Shown here piece after piece: positions 29,556-39,372 of a stretch of DNA of 40,846 bases. The DNA is from Bacillota bacterium (lineage in GTDB: Bacteria > Bacillota > Clostridia > Christensenellales > UBA1242), in the NCBI GenBank assembly GCA_009787915.1, contig WQSK01000004.1, positions 1-40,846 of the forward strand. The letters are read 5' to 3'. Each line of letters begins with the position of its first letter. Positions within the stretch are counted from its first letter, which is position 1. The translations under genes were made by a program, and so were the position numbers. The notes under the pieces were generated by a model. It was given only the letters and a program-made list of their open reading frames with translations. It had not been told where the DNA came from and did not search any database.

Positions 29556-30260
29556 TTATTCAATAGTTGGGCCAACTTCTTTATTTATTTCTTCGATACT
29601 TGGCAAAGCATTAATCTTGTCAAGAAGATAATCTTCGCACCAATATTGTGTTACGTCCTCGTGGTTCGGGAAGTATATATGACCAAATTTTTTGGTACGG
29701 GCAATGTATTCTTCTACTTTTTCGTTATACTCTGGTTTTCCAAGGCTGAGGCTCCCCGCCGTATAAAGTTGTCTTGGGTTAGATGTGTATTTGCTTTCCG
29801 CAAAGCCAAAAGTTACCAACTGCCCATTTTTAATGAAAGTCTGACCAAGGCGCGACATCAAATGCAAGTTTCTTCTATCTGCCCATTTTTCTGTAAGAAC
29901 AGAAGCCCTGTCACGGTCATATTCGTCATGGATAATAATGCTGTCGCCATAGCCTCGTGTTGCAACCCAACCCTCTGCCATAGTCACTTGGTCGAAAAAC
30001 CAATTAATCTGGTCCTCTGTCATTGTACCATTGTTAAACAAATCTAAATCAACTTCGGGTTCGTATTTCCACCCAAGTGATTCAAGCCATGCTTTTGCGT
30101 CAAAGCCATGTTCTTCTCCGTCTACACCAAGTTGGTTTGCTGGAAAAATGCTTTTTGGAACAAGCAAAGTTCTGTTCTCGTCTTTTTTACGTAACTCTGC
30201 ACGCAATTGCTCGTTTGTTGGGATTGCATCCCGTCTTGGAAATAAATTAATTGAACTCAT
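29556..30260 (-). CDS. Hypothetical protein
   Basis: 234-aa ORF with own promoter TTGACT-17-TATATA-6 nt-ATG. Confidence 0.7.
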   Translation of the reverse strand: MSSINLFPRRDAIPTNEQLRAELRKKDENRTLLVPKSIFPANQLGVDGEEHGFDAKAWLESLGWKYEPEVDLDLFNNGTMTEDQINWFFDQVTMAEGWVATRGYGDSIIIHDEYDRDRASVLTEKWADRRNLHLMSRLGQTFIKNGQLVTFGFAESKYTSNPRQLYTAGSLSLGKPEYNEKVEEYIARTKKFGHIYFPNHEDVTQYWCEDYLLDKINALPSIEEINKEVGPTIE

Positions 30261-30299
30261 ATGTCGTATATACCATAGTTTTGGACTAAAGTCAATAGG

Positions 30300-30944
30300 C
30301 TATTTAAAAACATCGTGTTTCATAATATATTCTGCGATTGATTTGAACAATGGTTCATCTTCAAACACGCGTTCAATATCATTCCCAATCCAAAAGTCCG
30401 AAAACCGTTTATATCCGCGGTCTTTCCACTTTTCAATTCTGATTCTTTGAATATCGCTTGGTGTTAGTTTATCGAACTTCATTGCGCCCGACTCGTCATA
30501 ATATTTGCATTGCAGGTCACACTCGAGTTTATCAACAAGATACGCAAATCGCGCCTCTTTTGTTTTTTGTTCGTCGTATTCCTTGTATATTTTTTTAATT
30601 TCGCTACCATTTACGAGGCCACCCAAAATCTTTTTCACCGCCTCTAGTTCAATTCGTTGTTTCTCTTGTTTTGTTACGACACTCCCCGTTGCTGGGATAT
30701 CGCCAATTATGCACTCGCCCAACTCATGTATCGCAATCATAAGTGCAACCTTACTTATATCAAACCCAAGGTCAAACTCCGCGTTAATCGCCAAAGCCAA
30801 CATCTGGGTTCCATAAATATGTTCCGCCACCGATTCGATTCTGTCGCTTTGAATACCACAATCTATCCACCCAGTTCGCGGGAGGGTTTTCAAGCGGTGT
30901 GTTATTGCATAAAAATCACAAACGTTTTTAATTTGATTAGCCAC
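30300..30944 (-). CDS. HD_3 (HDDC2/YfbR-like) hydrolase, HE variant
   Basis: LKTLPRTGW, ESVAEH, IHELGECIIGD, DKLE; GTG 30944 aligns with the paralog start and lies 6 nt after TATACT. Confidence 0.85.
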   Translation of the reverse strand: MANQIKNVCDFYAITHRLKTLPRTGWIDCGIQSDRIESVAEHIYGTQMLALAINAEFDLGFDISKVALMIAIHELGECIIGDIPATGSVVTKQEKQRIELEAVKKILGGLVNGSEIKKIYKEYDEQKTKEARFAYLVDKLECDLQCKYYDESGAMKFDKLTPSDIQRIRIEKWKDRGYKRFSDFWIGNDIERVFEDEPLFKSIAEYIMKHDVFK

Positions 30945-30997
30945 AACAAAAGTATACATGATAGACTATCATATGCCATACAGAAAAATTAAAAATA

Positions 30998-31639
30998 TTA
31001 GTTAAAGACTTTATTTTTCAAAAGATACTCTGCAATAGCATTAAAGATTTTGTCATCTCCAAAAATATTTCGCCTGTCATGTTCAATAAAACCCTCGACC
31101 AAAGTCCTGCATCCATACTTTTTATGTTTCAAGAGCATCTCCTTTGCCGACTTGTTCGTAACACGTTTTTCATCCGCATAGCCCATTTCTTCGTTATACT
31201 TGAATTCGAAATCACACTCGATTTTTTCCACGAGGTACGCAAACTTTGCCTCATCGGTTTTGCGCTCCTCGAATTGGGCAAAGAGTTCCAACAACTCCCC
31301 TGCATTACTTATGCCCGCAAAAATCTTTTGGACGGCCTCCAATTCAAGTCGGGCTTTTTCTTCTTTTGAAATCGGGCAACCAGTGTCACCGAGGTCGCCA
31401 ATCACGCACTCGCCCAATTCATGAATCGCAATCATAAGTGCAACCTTTTTAAGGTCCAATTTCAAATCAAACTCGCTGTGAATTGCAAGAGCCAACATTT
31501 GGGAACCATAAACGTGTTCCGCGACACTCTCAAACCGTTCGCGCTCTATCGCCCAAGTCGTCTGCCCCGCACGAATCAGGTTTTTCAACCTGTGCGTAAT
31601 CGCGTAAAATTCACAAACATTTTTGATTCTTTTGTCCAT
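30998..31639 (-). CDS. HD_3 (HDDC2/YfbR-like) hydrolase, HE variant, tandem paralog
   Basis: LKNLIRAG, ESVAEH, IHELGECVIGD, EKIE. Confidence 0.85.
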   Translation of the reverse strand: MDKRIKNVCEFYAITHRLKNLIRAGQTTWAIERERFESVAEHVYGSQMLALAIHSEFDLKLDLKKVALMIAIHELGECVIGDLGDTGCPISKEEKARLELEAVQKIFAGISNAGELLELFAQFEERKTDEAKFAYLVEKIECDFEFKYNEEMGYADEKRVTNKSAKEMLLKHKKYGCRTLVEGFIEHDRRNIFGDDKIFNAIAEYLLKNKVFN

Positions 31640-32488
31640 TCAAAAAGCATACAAGCGTTTTTGAACCTCGTCAATTAAATACTCTGGACATGACACCCCA
31701 CCCACAAGTCCACAACTCTTTTTTCCCGCAAACCAATCTTTGTTAATCTCGTCCGCGGATTCGATATGATACGTGGGTTTATACTTGGAGGCGGTTGTTT
31801 TAAGTAGCACCGTGTTGTGCGAGGCTTTTCCCCCAACAACAATAACAACGTCCACGGATTTTGCAAGTGTGGCGACCTCCTTTTGTCGTTCCCTAACCGC
31901 CGAACAGGTCGTATCAACCAAATCGTGTCCAACACCTTTTTCTTTGAAAGTCACAGATATCTCCAACAAGTCGGTTTGGTTTTTTGTGGTCTGGGCAAGG
32001 AGTGCAATCTTTTGACCATGACGGACGTGTTCAAGCAAAGAAGGTATATTGCTAATCGCTTCGTCCACGGTTTCGACCACAAAGATATTATCGTTTGCGT
32101 AACCCACATGACCGATTGTTTCGGGGTGCTTTTTGTCGCCAAACAAAACAATATAATAACCAGCCTCGGTCAACTCGCGAACTTTGTGGTGAACCTTTTT
32201 AACCGTCGGGCAGGTCGAATCCACCAAATCTATGCCCTTGTTACGAAGTTCATCCTCGACCCTTTTTGGCAAACCATGTGCGGTGATAATTGCCTTTTGT
32301 TTGGAAACAATCTTTTTATAATCGGGTTGTATTGTGATTCCAAAGTCCTTTTCCAAGCGGTTGTTAATAACAGGGTTTCTTAAAATAGGACCGCCGATTA
32401 AAACCGAGTTCGGATTTCCTTCCGCAATATCTATCGCGCGTTTCGCCCCAAAGCAAAGACCGCTACTTTTACAAACTACAACTTTCAT
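31640..32488 (-). CDS. ispH: 4-hydroxy-3-methylbut-2-enyl diphosphate reductase
   Basis: GLCFGAKRA, TAHG, DSTCP, HPE, AQTT, DTTCSA..ERQ, VGGKASHNT. Confidence 0.95.
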   Translation of the reverse strand: MKVVVCKSSGLCFGAKRAIDIAEGNPNSVLIGGPILRNPVINNRLEKDFGITIQPDYKKIVSKQKAIITAHGLPKRVEDELRNKGIDLVDSTCPTVKKVHHKVRELTEAGYYIVLFGDKKHPETIGHVGYANDNIFVVETVDEAISNIPSLLEHVRHGQKIALLAQTTKNQTDLLEISVTFKEKGVGHDLVDTTCSAVRERQKEVATLAKSVDVVIVVGGKASHNTVLLKTTASKYKPTYHIESADEINKDWFAGKKSCGLVGGVSCPEYLIDEVQKRLYAF

Positions 32489-33543
32489 CTCCCACCTGCC
32501 ATTTTATTGATTTCTTTCATAAGTTCATCCACCATTTTATTCTCTGACACGGTCTTTAAAACCTTACCGTTTTTGAACAAAACACCTTGACCCCTCCCGC
32601 ACGCAATTCCGATGTCGGATTGGCTTGCCTCACCTGGTCCATTTACCGCACAGCCCATAACTGCTACCTTTATATGTTTGTTGATACCAGCACATTGTTT
32701 CTCGACCTCGTTCGCAATTGGGATAAGGTCAACCTCCGTCCTCGCACACGTTGGACAAGATATAACCTCTACACCAAACTTTCTTAAATCCAGTGCACTT
32801 AAGATTTGTTTGCAATAATAGATTTCTTCCACTGGGTCACCCGTGAGCGAAACCCGAATAGTATCCCCAATCCCGTGATGCAAAAGTGTCCCCAGCCTCA
32901 CCGCGGATTTAATCGACCCCGACCTAATTGTTCCAGATTCTGTGATACCGATGTGTATGGGATAGTCAAACTTTTTTGCGAGCAACAAATTGGTTTCAAT
33001 CGTCATCGGCACATTTGAACACTTTACGGAAATACAAATATCGTAAAAGCCCAAATCCTCCAAAATTTTAACACTACGCTCGGTACTCTCGGTCAAACCC
33101 TCGGCTGTTACTCCGCCGTGTTTTTTCAAAATATCTTTTTCAACCGAACCCGAGTTCAACCCAACCCGTATTGGTATTTTATATTCTTTCGCCACGTCAA
33201 CAACATGTTTGATTTTATCAAGTCCGCCCAAAGTCCCTGGATTAATCCGAATCTTGTCCGCCCCATGTCTAATAGATTCAACCGCAAGTTTATAATCAAA
33301 ATGAATATCCGCCTCGATAGGTATGTTGATTTGTTTTTTAATCTCGGAAATAGCCTTTGCCGAATCCAAACACGGCACGGCGACACGTACAAGTTCACAA
33401 CCCACACTCTCCAACGCCTTGATTTGCGCAACCGTGGCTCTTATATCTTTTGTCGGTGTGTTTGTCATTGATTGAATAACAATTGGGCTCTCACCACCCA
33501 TTTTTATTTTCCCGACATTTATTACACGCGTGACTTTTGGCAT
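32485..33543 (-). CDS. ispG: (E)-4-hydroxy-3-methylbut-2-enyl-diphosphate synthase
   Basis: IQSMTNT, ADIHFD, RINPG, GDTIRVSLT, SCPTCAR, VMGCAVNGPGE; start reset to ATG 33543. Confidence 0.96.
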   Translation of the reverse strand: MPKVTRVINVGKIKMGGESPIVIQSMTNTPTKDIRATVAQIKALESVGCELVRVAVPCLDSAKAISEIKKQINIPIEADIHFDYKLAVESIRHGADKIRINPGTLGGLDKIKHVVDVAKEYKIPIRVGLNSGSVEKDILKKHGGVTAEGLTESTERSVKILEDLGFYDICISVKCSNVPMTIETNLLLAKKFDYPIHIGITESGTIRSGSIKSAVRLGTLLHHGIGDTIRVSLTGDPVEEIYYCKQILSALDLRKFGVEVISCPTCARTEVDLIPIANEVEKQCAGINKHIKVAVMGCAVNGPGEASQSDIGIACGRGQGVLFKNGKVLKTVSENKMVDELMKEINKMAGGR

Positions 33544-33604
33544 TCCATCTAGGATAACAAATGTGCTCTTGATATTGCAAATTAAATGTGCTAGTTTAAT
33601 TTCG

Positions 33605-34201
33605 ATGAAGAAAGAAATTATGGAAACTTGTAGATGGGCGGAGCGCATGGCAATGCCCAACATTTTACATGAAGAAGTCGCCGACTTGTTTCTTGAACAT
33701 TTTCCCGAAATGCTTATTAACGAAGCACGGAACTATGCTCTGTTTTTGTTAAACGAACGTGATGCCCGAAACGTTGTTGGGTACACAGACCAAAAGCGCG
33801 TCGATGCCTTTAAACAGGAGATGCGTTATATAGAGCAAAAATATTTTGTCACTGCAGACGATATCGTTAAAAAATATCAACTAATAGAAAAGTACAGAAC
33901 TGCGCTACATGAATACAAAAAACTGCAAGATTATAAAATCAAACGTGAGAGTCAAAGAATCGACCTAAAACATCTTTCGGAAAAAGATTTGTGGGAATAT
34001 CTTGAGTTTGCGACGAACGACTTTTTAATATCTGAAAAATTTGGAATGGACAAAACTGTTTCTGCCACACCAGAGTTTTTGGACTATGCAAAACGAAATG
34101 TAAGAAGTGACTTGAATTCACACCTGCGCAGAGGCGGTATAGTGCATGACTATGATGAACTCAAAGAACAATTGTCAAACGCAGAAGAATATTTTTTGTA
34201 A
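33605..34201 (+). CDS. Hypothetical helical protein
   Basis: Start reset to ATG 33605 after TTGATA-17-TAGTTT, removing the overlap with ispG. Confidence 0.65.
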   Translation: MKKEIMETCRWAERMAMPNILHEEVADLFLEHFPEMLINEARNYALFLLNERDARNVVGYTDQKRVDAFKQEMRYIEQKYFVTADDIVKKYQLIEKYRTALHEYKKLQDYKIKRESQRIDLKHLSEKDLWEYLEFATNDFLISEKFGMDKTVSATPEFLDYAKRNVRSDLNSHLRRGGIVHDYDELKEQLSNAEEYFL

Positions 34202-34258
34202 ATATCAATCATCGTGGTTGGGTTCTGCTGAACTTTCGGCACAAATTTCGAGCATATT

Positions 34259-34345
34259 TTGGAGGAGGGTAAGAACCTCGCTTCTGCGAGAACCTTGTCC
34301 TCTCCTGCGCTTCGCTTGGAGGAGCATACGACGTAATAAACGAAC
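34259..34345. repeat. Hairpin flanked by TTGGAGGAG direct repeats; candidate left attachment site
   Basis: TTGGAGGAG at 34259 and 34316; stem GGAGGAGGGTAAG/CTTGTCCTCTCC with inner CTCGC-TTCT-GCGAG; CGAAC at 34341. Confidence 0.5.
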
Positions 34346-34387
34346 TGTCAAGGTTGTTTATCTGCCGTGGCGTTGTTGGGAGGTTCA

Positions 34388-34981
34388 TTATCTAAATAGG
34401 TTTACTCCGAATATGAAAATTATATTACCAGCGTCACTTGTAAATTTTCCGACTTTAATTATCAAAGCGTTCCTCGACTTGGCCGATACATCATTTTCAA
34501 ACTTGAACCCAGTGATGTAGTCATTAAATTCCTTAATATGTGACTCTAACGCACATAAATCATCTTTACAAAAGCGCTCCGCATCCATTTTTTTGAGTGT
34601 ATCTACTGTATTGCTTAACTTTCTAAACGCACTAACAACTTGCATGCAACATGTGAAATTTCTTATTTTAGCAGCCGATGTTAAATCATAAGCCTCGACA
34701 ATAGAATCTATCTTCTCAAACATGGTTATAATCTTTTTAAGATACTCATATATAGTTTCTTTTTGCTTTTTCTCATCGGAGATTTTATTAGAAAACCAAA
34801 AAGACAGAAACATCGTTGCCACGGCAATTAGAATAATTGGTATACCTTCCGACAAAGAAATATGATAAAAAGACTCTTTGTTTATGTCAAGTCTCGAAGC
34901 AAGTACTAGCCAAACAATTAGAGAAATAATGATAAATATACCTATTATTAAAAATATCCTCTGTATTATTCTTGTTGACAT
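34388..34981 (-). CDS. Two-TM membrane protein with helical C-terminal domain
   Basis: TMs IFLIIGIFIIISLIVWLVLA and IPIILIAVATMFLSFWF; ATG 34981 lies 1 nt after the upstream TGA. Confidence 0.75.
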   Translation of the reverse strand: MSTRIIQRIFLIIGIFIIISLIVWLVLASRLDINKESFYHISLSEGIPIILIAVATMFLSFWFSNKISDEKKQKETIYEYLKKIITMFEKIDSIVEAYDLTSAAKIRNFTCCMQVVSAFRKLSNTVDTLKKMDAERFCKDDLCALESHIKEFNDYITGFKFENDVSAKSRNALIIKVGKFTSDAGNIIFIFGVNLFR

Positions 34982-34982
34982 T

Positions 34983-35321
34983 TCAAACCCTCTTATTCGC
35001 ATCCAATATATATTTTCTGATATCATCTATCAAAGATGGCTCCTCTTTTGAAACAAAATCAAACATACCCACAACATTATCGTCTCTATAAATCCTTGCG
35101 AGTCCACCAAAAGATTCCTCGAGAAAAGAAACTGGATAGCCATACCCACCGTCAAGATTGACCATTATCTTTACACCATTAGCCTTTGCCTTATCGTAGT
35201 TAGGGATTAGGTGTTTATCCCTAAATTCCTCGCCAGAAAATTTACCATCCTTTTTATAGCGTGGACCCGGTATCTCAGTAAAGTCATGTGCGACATTTAT
35301 CTTAATCTTTTCCATTAACAT
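34983..35321 (-). CDS. STAS-like domain protein (DUF4325-type)
   Basis: PGPRY..DGKFSGEEFR and VNLDGGYGYPVSFLEESFGGL motifs; the alternative ATG 35315 overlaps the upstream stop (TAATG). Confidence 0.8.
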   Translation of the reverse strand: MLMEKIKINVAHDFTEIPGPRYKKDGKFSGEEFRDKHLIPNYDKAKANGVKIMVNLDGGYGYPVSFLEESFGGLARIYRDDNVVGMFDFVSKEEPSLIDDIRKYILDANKRV

Positions 35322-36382
35322 GCTTCTCCTTTCAATTTCACAGTGTCTACTTCCCAGTAGTATAGCGTACCATATAATTTATTTTTTTGCTCATCTTTTT
35401 TTATAACTAGATTATTATTTTCTTTATACAGTTCACACTTCGCCCTATTAGATAATATCACCATACTTTTAATATGTCCATATTCAATTTTTTGTTTAAT
35501 ATTTGGCAAGCCTTTGTTTCGATGCTTAAGTTTTGTAGTTGAACGAAATTCTCCGCCCTCCAAAGCAGACTCAATCAAATCTACTTGCCTAGCACCAAAA
35601 ACCTTTTCTCCAAATCTCTTTTTAATGGTCGAAGGTATACTGCCACCTGTGTCAAGAAATACAAACTCAAATTTCGAGCTGCGCTTTTCGACAAACAAAT
35701 ACCAATCTTTTAAAAGATCTGTGTCATCAGTGTAAGCATGTGCTTTCGTGTTTTCCATAAGCTCTACAATAGTCTTCTGCAAAAATTTCGTTTCATTTCT
35801 AGTACACCCAATTTTGTCTATAACCCAATCGCATATGGCTTTTGCAAGATCTGATTTAACCTCTTTTCCATTTTTAATCGCAACCTTATCGGCGTTTTTG
35901 ATAATATTATTTAAGCTATTAACGTAGCTAAGAAATCCTGACTCCATAAATACACGTCTTGCTCCATCTACTAGCGGGAGGTCTCCAGACCACCTAATAC
36001 CTTCATTTTGATTCCGCTTGTCTCTAAGCATCGCGAGTAGGTACATTACTGCATCTGCTGTTGCATTTTTAATATTTCTAGCATCGATTTTTATCTTCAT
36101 GCGCAGACCTCTATTCGCAATCATGAATTCACGAATACAGTGAAAAGTGCTCTTCACGTCTTCTGGATTACTAAGCAAGCTAAAATCCTCTGGAAGACTA
36201 AAACTCTTTTCTTTAATCTTTTGTAAGTGGCATCTATCAGTTTTTTTATATTTTTTTATTTTGATAGCTTCTTTCTTCCTACTAGTGCATGGTTTATGGT
36301 AACGGCGTTCAGCTTTACGCACTCCTTTCTTCCTACTTTTGCGTCTCAAATATTCTTTGTATCTAGGATTTTTCTTTCTCAA
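35315..36382 (-). CDS. STAS-like + GHKL (HATPase_c) protein, anti-sigma-type kinase-like
   Basis: N box ELMENTKAHA, G1 FLDTGGSIP, G2 RNKGL, G3 YGT; N-terminal STAS-like segment ending ESGF; SD GGAGG before TTG. Confidence 0.75.
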   Translation of the reverse strand: MRKKNPRYKEYLRRKSRKKGVRKAERRYHKPCTSRKKEAIKIKKYKKTDRCHLQKIKEKSFSLPEDFSLLSNPEDVKSTFHCIREFMIANRGLRMKIKIDARNIKNATADAVMYLLAMLRDKRNQNEGIRWSGDLPLVDGARRVFMESGFLSYVNSLNNIIKNADKVAIKNGKEVKSDLAKAICDWVIDKIGCTRNETKFLQKTIVELMENTKAHAYTDDTDLLKDWYLFVEKRSSKFEFVFLDTGGSIPSTIKKRFGEKVFGARQVDLIESALEGGEFRSTTKLKHRNKGLPNIKQKIEYGHIKSMVILSNRAKCELYKENNNLVIKKDEQKNKLYGTLYYWEVDTVKLKGEAC

Positions 36383-36463
36383 AATGCCTCCACCCAGATA
36401 CTACCACGAATTCTACTCAAAGACAATATAAAATTATCTTCAAGTTTGGAACTATTTAGGTAC

Positions 36464-37420
36464 TTACCACTTAACATCTATATAAAACATTTTTTCGGGC
36501 TTGCTTTGTAAATTAATATCGAATTTCAAACTTGTTTCAACTTTGGAACTTGCATTGTGAATTCGGAAAGAAATTGACCAACCATTATTCATTGTTAATA
36601 TCAACGTGGTTTGTGATTTTTCTTTGAAATCAAACTCAATAATTCGCGTAGGTAATTCGATATTTGGGATAGTTATAGTTGGCTTGTTTTTACCGCTTGT
36701 GTTTAATGTGCCGAACAAGTTAAATGGAATAATCGTAGCAATGTTATTATTGCGGTGGATAAGTTTGTAATAGTCTTTCCCGTTGCTTCCAAGCAGATAG
36801 CGAATTAGATTTTCGGTTACGTCTTCGTTTTGAGAATTAAGTTTAATAAACTCATTTTTGAAAGCAGTTAATAACGGAACATATACGGCATTCTCCTTGC
36901 TTGGCAACTGCGACCACAATTTCCCGCAAGACTTTTCTTTTGACAACATGTCAAACAAAGGTTTTATTTCAGTGAAGTAATCTTTGGAACAATTTGCACC
37001 AAGCCAAAGTTTGCCAAAATCAATACTCATCGAAAGCCGTGAGTGTTTTAACGCCTCGTGGTTATGTTTAACCGAAACTCCGATTTCCCACTTGATTGAA
37101 CGTCGGATAATCAGGACATCACGAATATCCCCACCTTTCGCCAAATTATCGGGTTGTAGCGATATGGTCAATTTATCATCTCCGTCGTCGGTTACTTTGG
37201 GTTCCATTTCAATAATTTTGCTCATGCCCGCTTTTGCGGATCTCAACATTTCGGCTTGCTCGTCTTGCGTGATTTCGTTATATCTTTGTTCTGCTATTTC
37301 AAGACTTGAATTCGCTATGATTTCAACTGGACGAATAGGCGTGACAAGTTCCTTTATCGCCAACACGCAAGCGTATTCATATGCCTTGCCTTTAATTGTT
37401 GAGTTTATTGTTGTTCTCAT
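36464..37420 (-). CDS. Type II restriction endonuclease, HaeIII family (predicted GGCC)
   Basis: [52 protein letters not shown]; ATGA coupling to the methylase. Confidence 0.88.
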   Translation of the reverse strand: MRTTINSTIKGKAYEYACVLAIKELVTPIRPVEIIANSSLEIAEQRYNEITQDEQAEMLRSAKAGMSKIIEMEPKVTDDGDDKLTISLQPDNLAKGGDIRDVLIIRRSIKWEIGVSVKHNHEALKHSRLSMSIDFGKLWLGANCSKDYFTEIKPLFDMLSKEKSCGKLWSQLPSKENAVYVPLLTAFKNEFIKLNSQNEDVTENLIRYLLGSNGKDYYKLIHRNNNIATIIPFNLFGTLNTSGKNKPTITIPNIELPTRIIEFDFKEKSQTTLILTMNNGWSISFRIHNASSKVETSLKFDINLQSKPEKMFYIDVKW

Positions 37421-38394
37421 TTCAAATCTTCCTTTATCTTTTTTGCAATCGCATACGCTAGGTTTACTGGCACGGCATTACCCACCATTTTGTAACCGTC
37501 GGCAATGTCATTATAAATAAAAATAAAACTATCGGGGAATGTTTGTATTCTTGCACACTCACGCACGGACAACCGCCTATAATCATCTTCTTTACCGGGA
37601 ACGAATATTCTTTTGTTTTGTTCGACAAAAAGCATTTTAGGGGCTTGTGGGTGGATAGGGGCGTGTCTGCCACCTGCTTGGATAGTGAAAGAAGGTTCGT
37701 CCCAAGAACGTACACGATTACGTGACATAAAGATTGTAGAGAATCCGCCATTCATATATTCGTGATTCGGAATTGGTAATTCAAGCCCCCATGACTTATT
37801 ATGCTGTTTAGCAGGTTGGGCTTGTCGCAAATCCCATATAGCGTCTTTCAAATTTGGTTTATATTCTTGCACAGGTGGAAATTCAAACTTTTTATTTAAA
37901 TCTTTTCTATATCCCACGATGATGACACGCTTGCGATTTTGAGGGACATCAAAATCATTAGCGTCAACAAGTTGCCAAGAAACATTATATCCTGCACTTT
38001 CAAACTCGGAAATAAACTTATCGAAATTAACTTTGTGTTTATCTAAAAGCATACCGCCCACATTTTCACACAAGAAAAACTTTGGCTTTTTATCTTTTAA
38101 TATCCTAATATAGTCTAAAAACAATTTACCCCTATCGTCATCAATGCCACGCCCCGCACCGGCTTCACTCCAACTTTGACATGGCGGTCCGCCAATGATT
38201 CCGTCACAATCGGGAACTTCTTTGGGAGATACATCTGTTATGCTTCGTTTATCAAGTTTAGAATTAGGAAAATTTTTTTCATAAGTAGCCCAAATTGTTT
38301 TATCGTATTCATTCGCCCAAACAGTGTGAAACCCCGCTTTTTCAAAGCCAAGGTCAAGACCCCCAGCACCTGCAAAAAATGAAACGATTTTCAT
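37417..38394 (-). CDS. DNA cytosine-5 methyltransferase, M.HaeIII-like
   Basis: [23 protein letters not shown]; [25 protein letters not shown] resembles GGCC methylases; start ATG 38394, 7 nt after TGGTACAAT. Confidence 0.93.
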   Translation of the reverse strand: MKIVSFFAGAGGLDLGFEKAGFHTVWANEYDKTIWATYEKNFPNSKLDKRSITDVSPKEVPDCDGIIGGPPCQSWSEAGAGRGIDDDRGKLFLDYIRILKDKKPKFFLCENVGGMLLDKHKVNFDKFISEFESAGYNVSWQLVDANDFDVPQNRKRVIIVGYRKDLNKKFEFPPVQEYKPNLKDAIWDLRQAQPAKQHNKSWGLELPIPNHEYMNGGFSTIFMSRNRVRSWDEPSFTIQAGGRHAPIHPQAPKMLFVEQNKRIFVPGKEDDYRRLSVRECARIQTFPDSFIFIYNDIADGYKMVGNAVPVNLAYAIAKKIKEDLK

Positions 38395-38419
38395 CGTTGT
38401 GATTGTACCATTAACCTTC

Positions 38420-39346
38420 TTAATTGTACACCCTAAAAACAATCATTCTGTCGTTCTCTTTGTGTTTGACGAGTTTTGCGTTTATATCAAACGTACTTAA
38501 TAGCAGACTCTCATATTTCGCTTTGTCAGTAAACTTTATCTCGGTGTTTTTGAAATCCAAGTTTCTAGTTCGATAATAGCGTTTCTGATTAAGCCCAATG
38601 CTGTTCTCTTGCTTGGTCACATATCCAATAATGTAGTTGATTGCTTTCAACTGGTTTTCAATACTCTCTTGGTCGATTTTAACAACAGTTGAAAAACCTT
38701 TGTCCCAGAGTGGCAAATTATAAACTTGTCGACCACTTTGTAATACAGGTTCGCTTGTGTGTGGGTTGATTGCCACGACTAAAATATTTTCTAAGTCACA
38801 ATCCCCAAGTAAAGCATGAAAATGAATGTTGCCTTTGGCGTGGCGTTCAGGAACTGCAAGGATCTTAACAGTTGGAAATCTCTTTTGTAACTTTTGGCGG
38901 AACATTTGCCAGTAGTATTTTGTTGCTTTGTCATCATGGTCATGTTCGCTTTTCGCAATCGTAAAAGTACAAAAATAAACCCAGTCATTACACAAAGCAT
39001 ATCCATAAAAATTGTCTTTTGCTCTGCGACAACTCTCGTATTGACTGCGGTCAAATCCGTTGTCGATTTCCAAAATCTCGCCACGACTTGCGTATTCGTC
39101 AATTTGCTCTTGGTCTGTTATCTCTTTTCGTTTACTCGCTGAGATGATTTTGCCAGTTTCAGTATCTACCCAGTTATAATCTTTCTTACCAGTCAGGATA
39201 TCAAAAGGTTCGTGATAGTAAATGATTTCAGTAAAGAACTTAAACCGATTTATCCGAGTATTTACTTGCTCTCTCTTTTGTTTAGATAATAAATGTGCGT
39301 TAGGTTTCAAAACCCTCTCAACACGTTTTGACATGAACTTGTCCAT
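38420..39346 (-). CDS. HUH rolling-circle replication initiator (two-Tyr type)
   Basis: Motif I FCTFT, motif [22 protein letters not shown], motif [12 protein letters not shown]; SD GAGGTG before ATG 39346. Confidence 0.85.
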   Translation of the reverse strand: MDKFMSKRVERVLKPNAHLLSKQKREQVNTRINRFKFFTEIIYYHEPFDILTGKKDYNWVDTETGKIISASKRKEITDQEQIDEYASRGEILEIDNGFDRSQYESCRRAKDNFYGYALCNDWVYFCTFTIAKSEHDHDDKATKYYWQMFRQKLQKRFPTVKILAVPERHAKGNIHFHALLGDCDLENILVVAINPHTSEPVLQSGRQVYNLPLWDKGFSTVVKIDQESIENQLKAINYIIGYVTKQENSIGLNQKRYYRTRNLDFKNTEIKFTDKAKYESLLLSTFDINAKLVKHKENDRMIVFRVYN

Positions 39347-39372
39347 GTGATTATCCACCTCTTTTAGAATTT

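Noticed and set aside
32885-32910. IspG reads KSAVRLG where KSAVGLG is usual
   Set aside because: A single GGG to AGG change; cannot be separated from sequencing error or a tolerated variant, and the Fe-S cysteines are intact.
34201-34210. AATATCAATC as a second nick or termination site
   Set aside because: Matches only TTGATATT; lacks the preceding C and the AACACT context.
34259-34324. Complete tRNA gene
   Set aside because: No D-arm, anticodon arm or TTCGA loop in cloverleaf order; at most a 3'-end-like fragment.
38420-39346. IS91/IS200 transposase or filamentous prophage
   Set aside because: Motif layout and adjacent nick site fit a replication initiator; no Zot-like ATPase or coat-like genes in the window.
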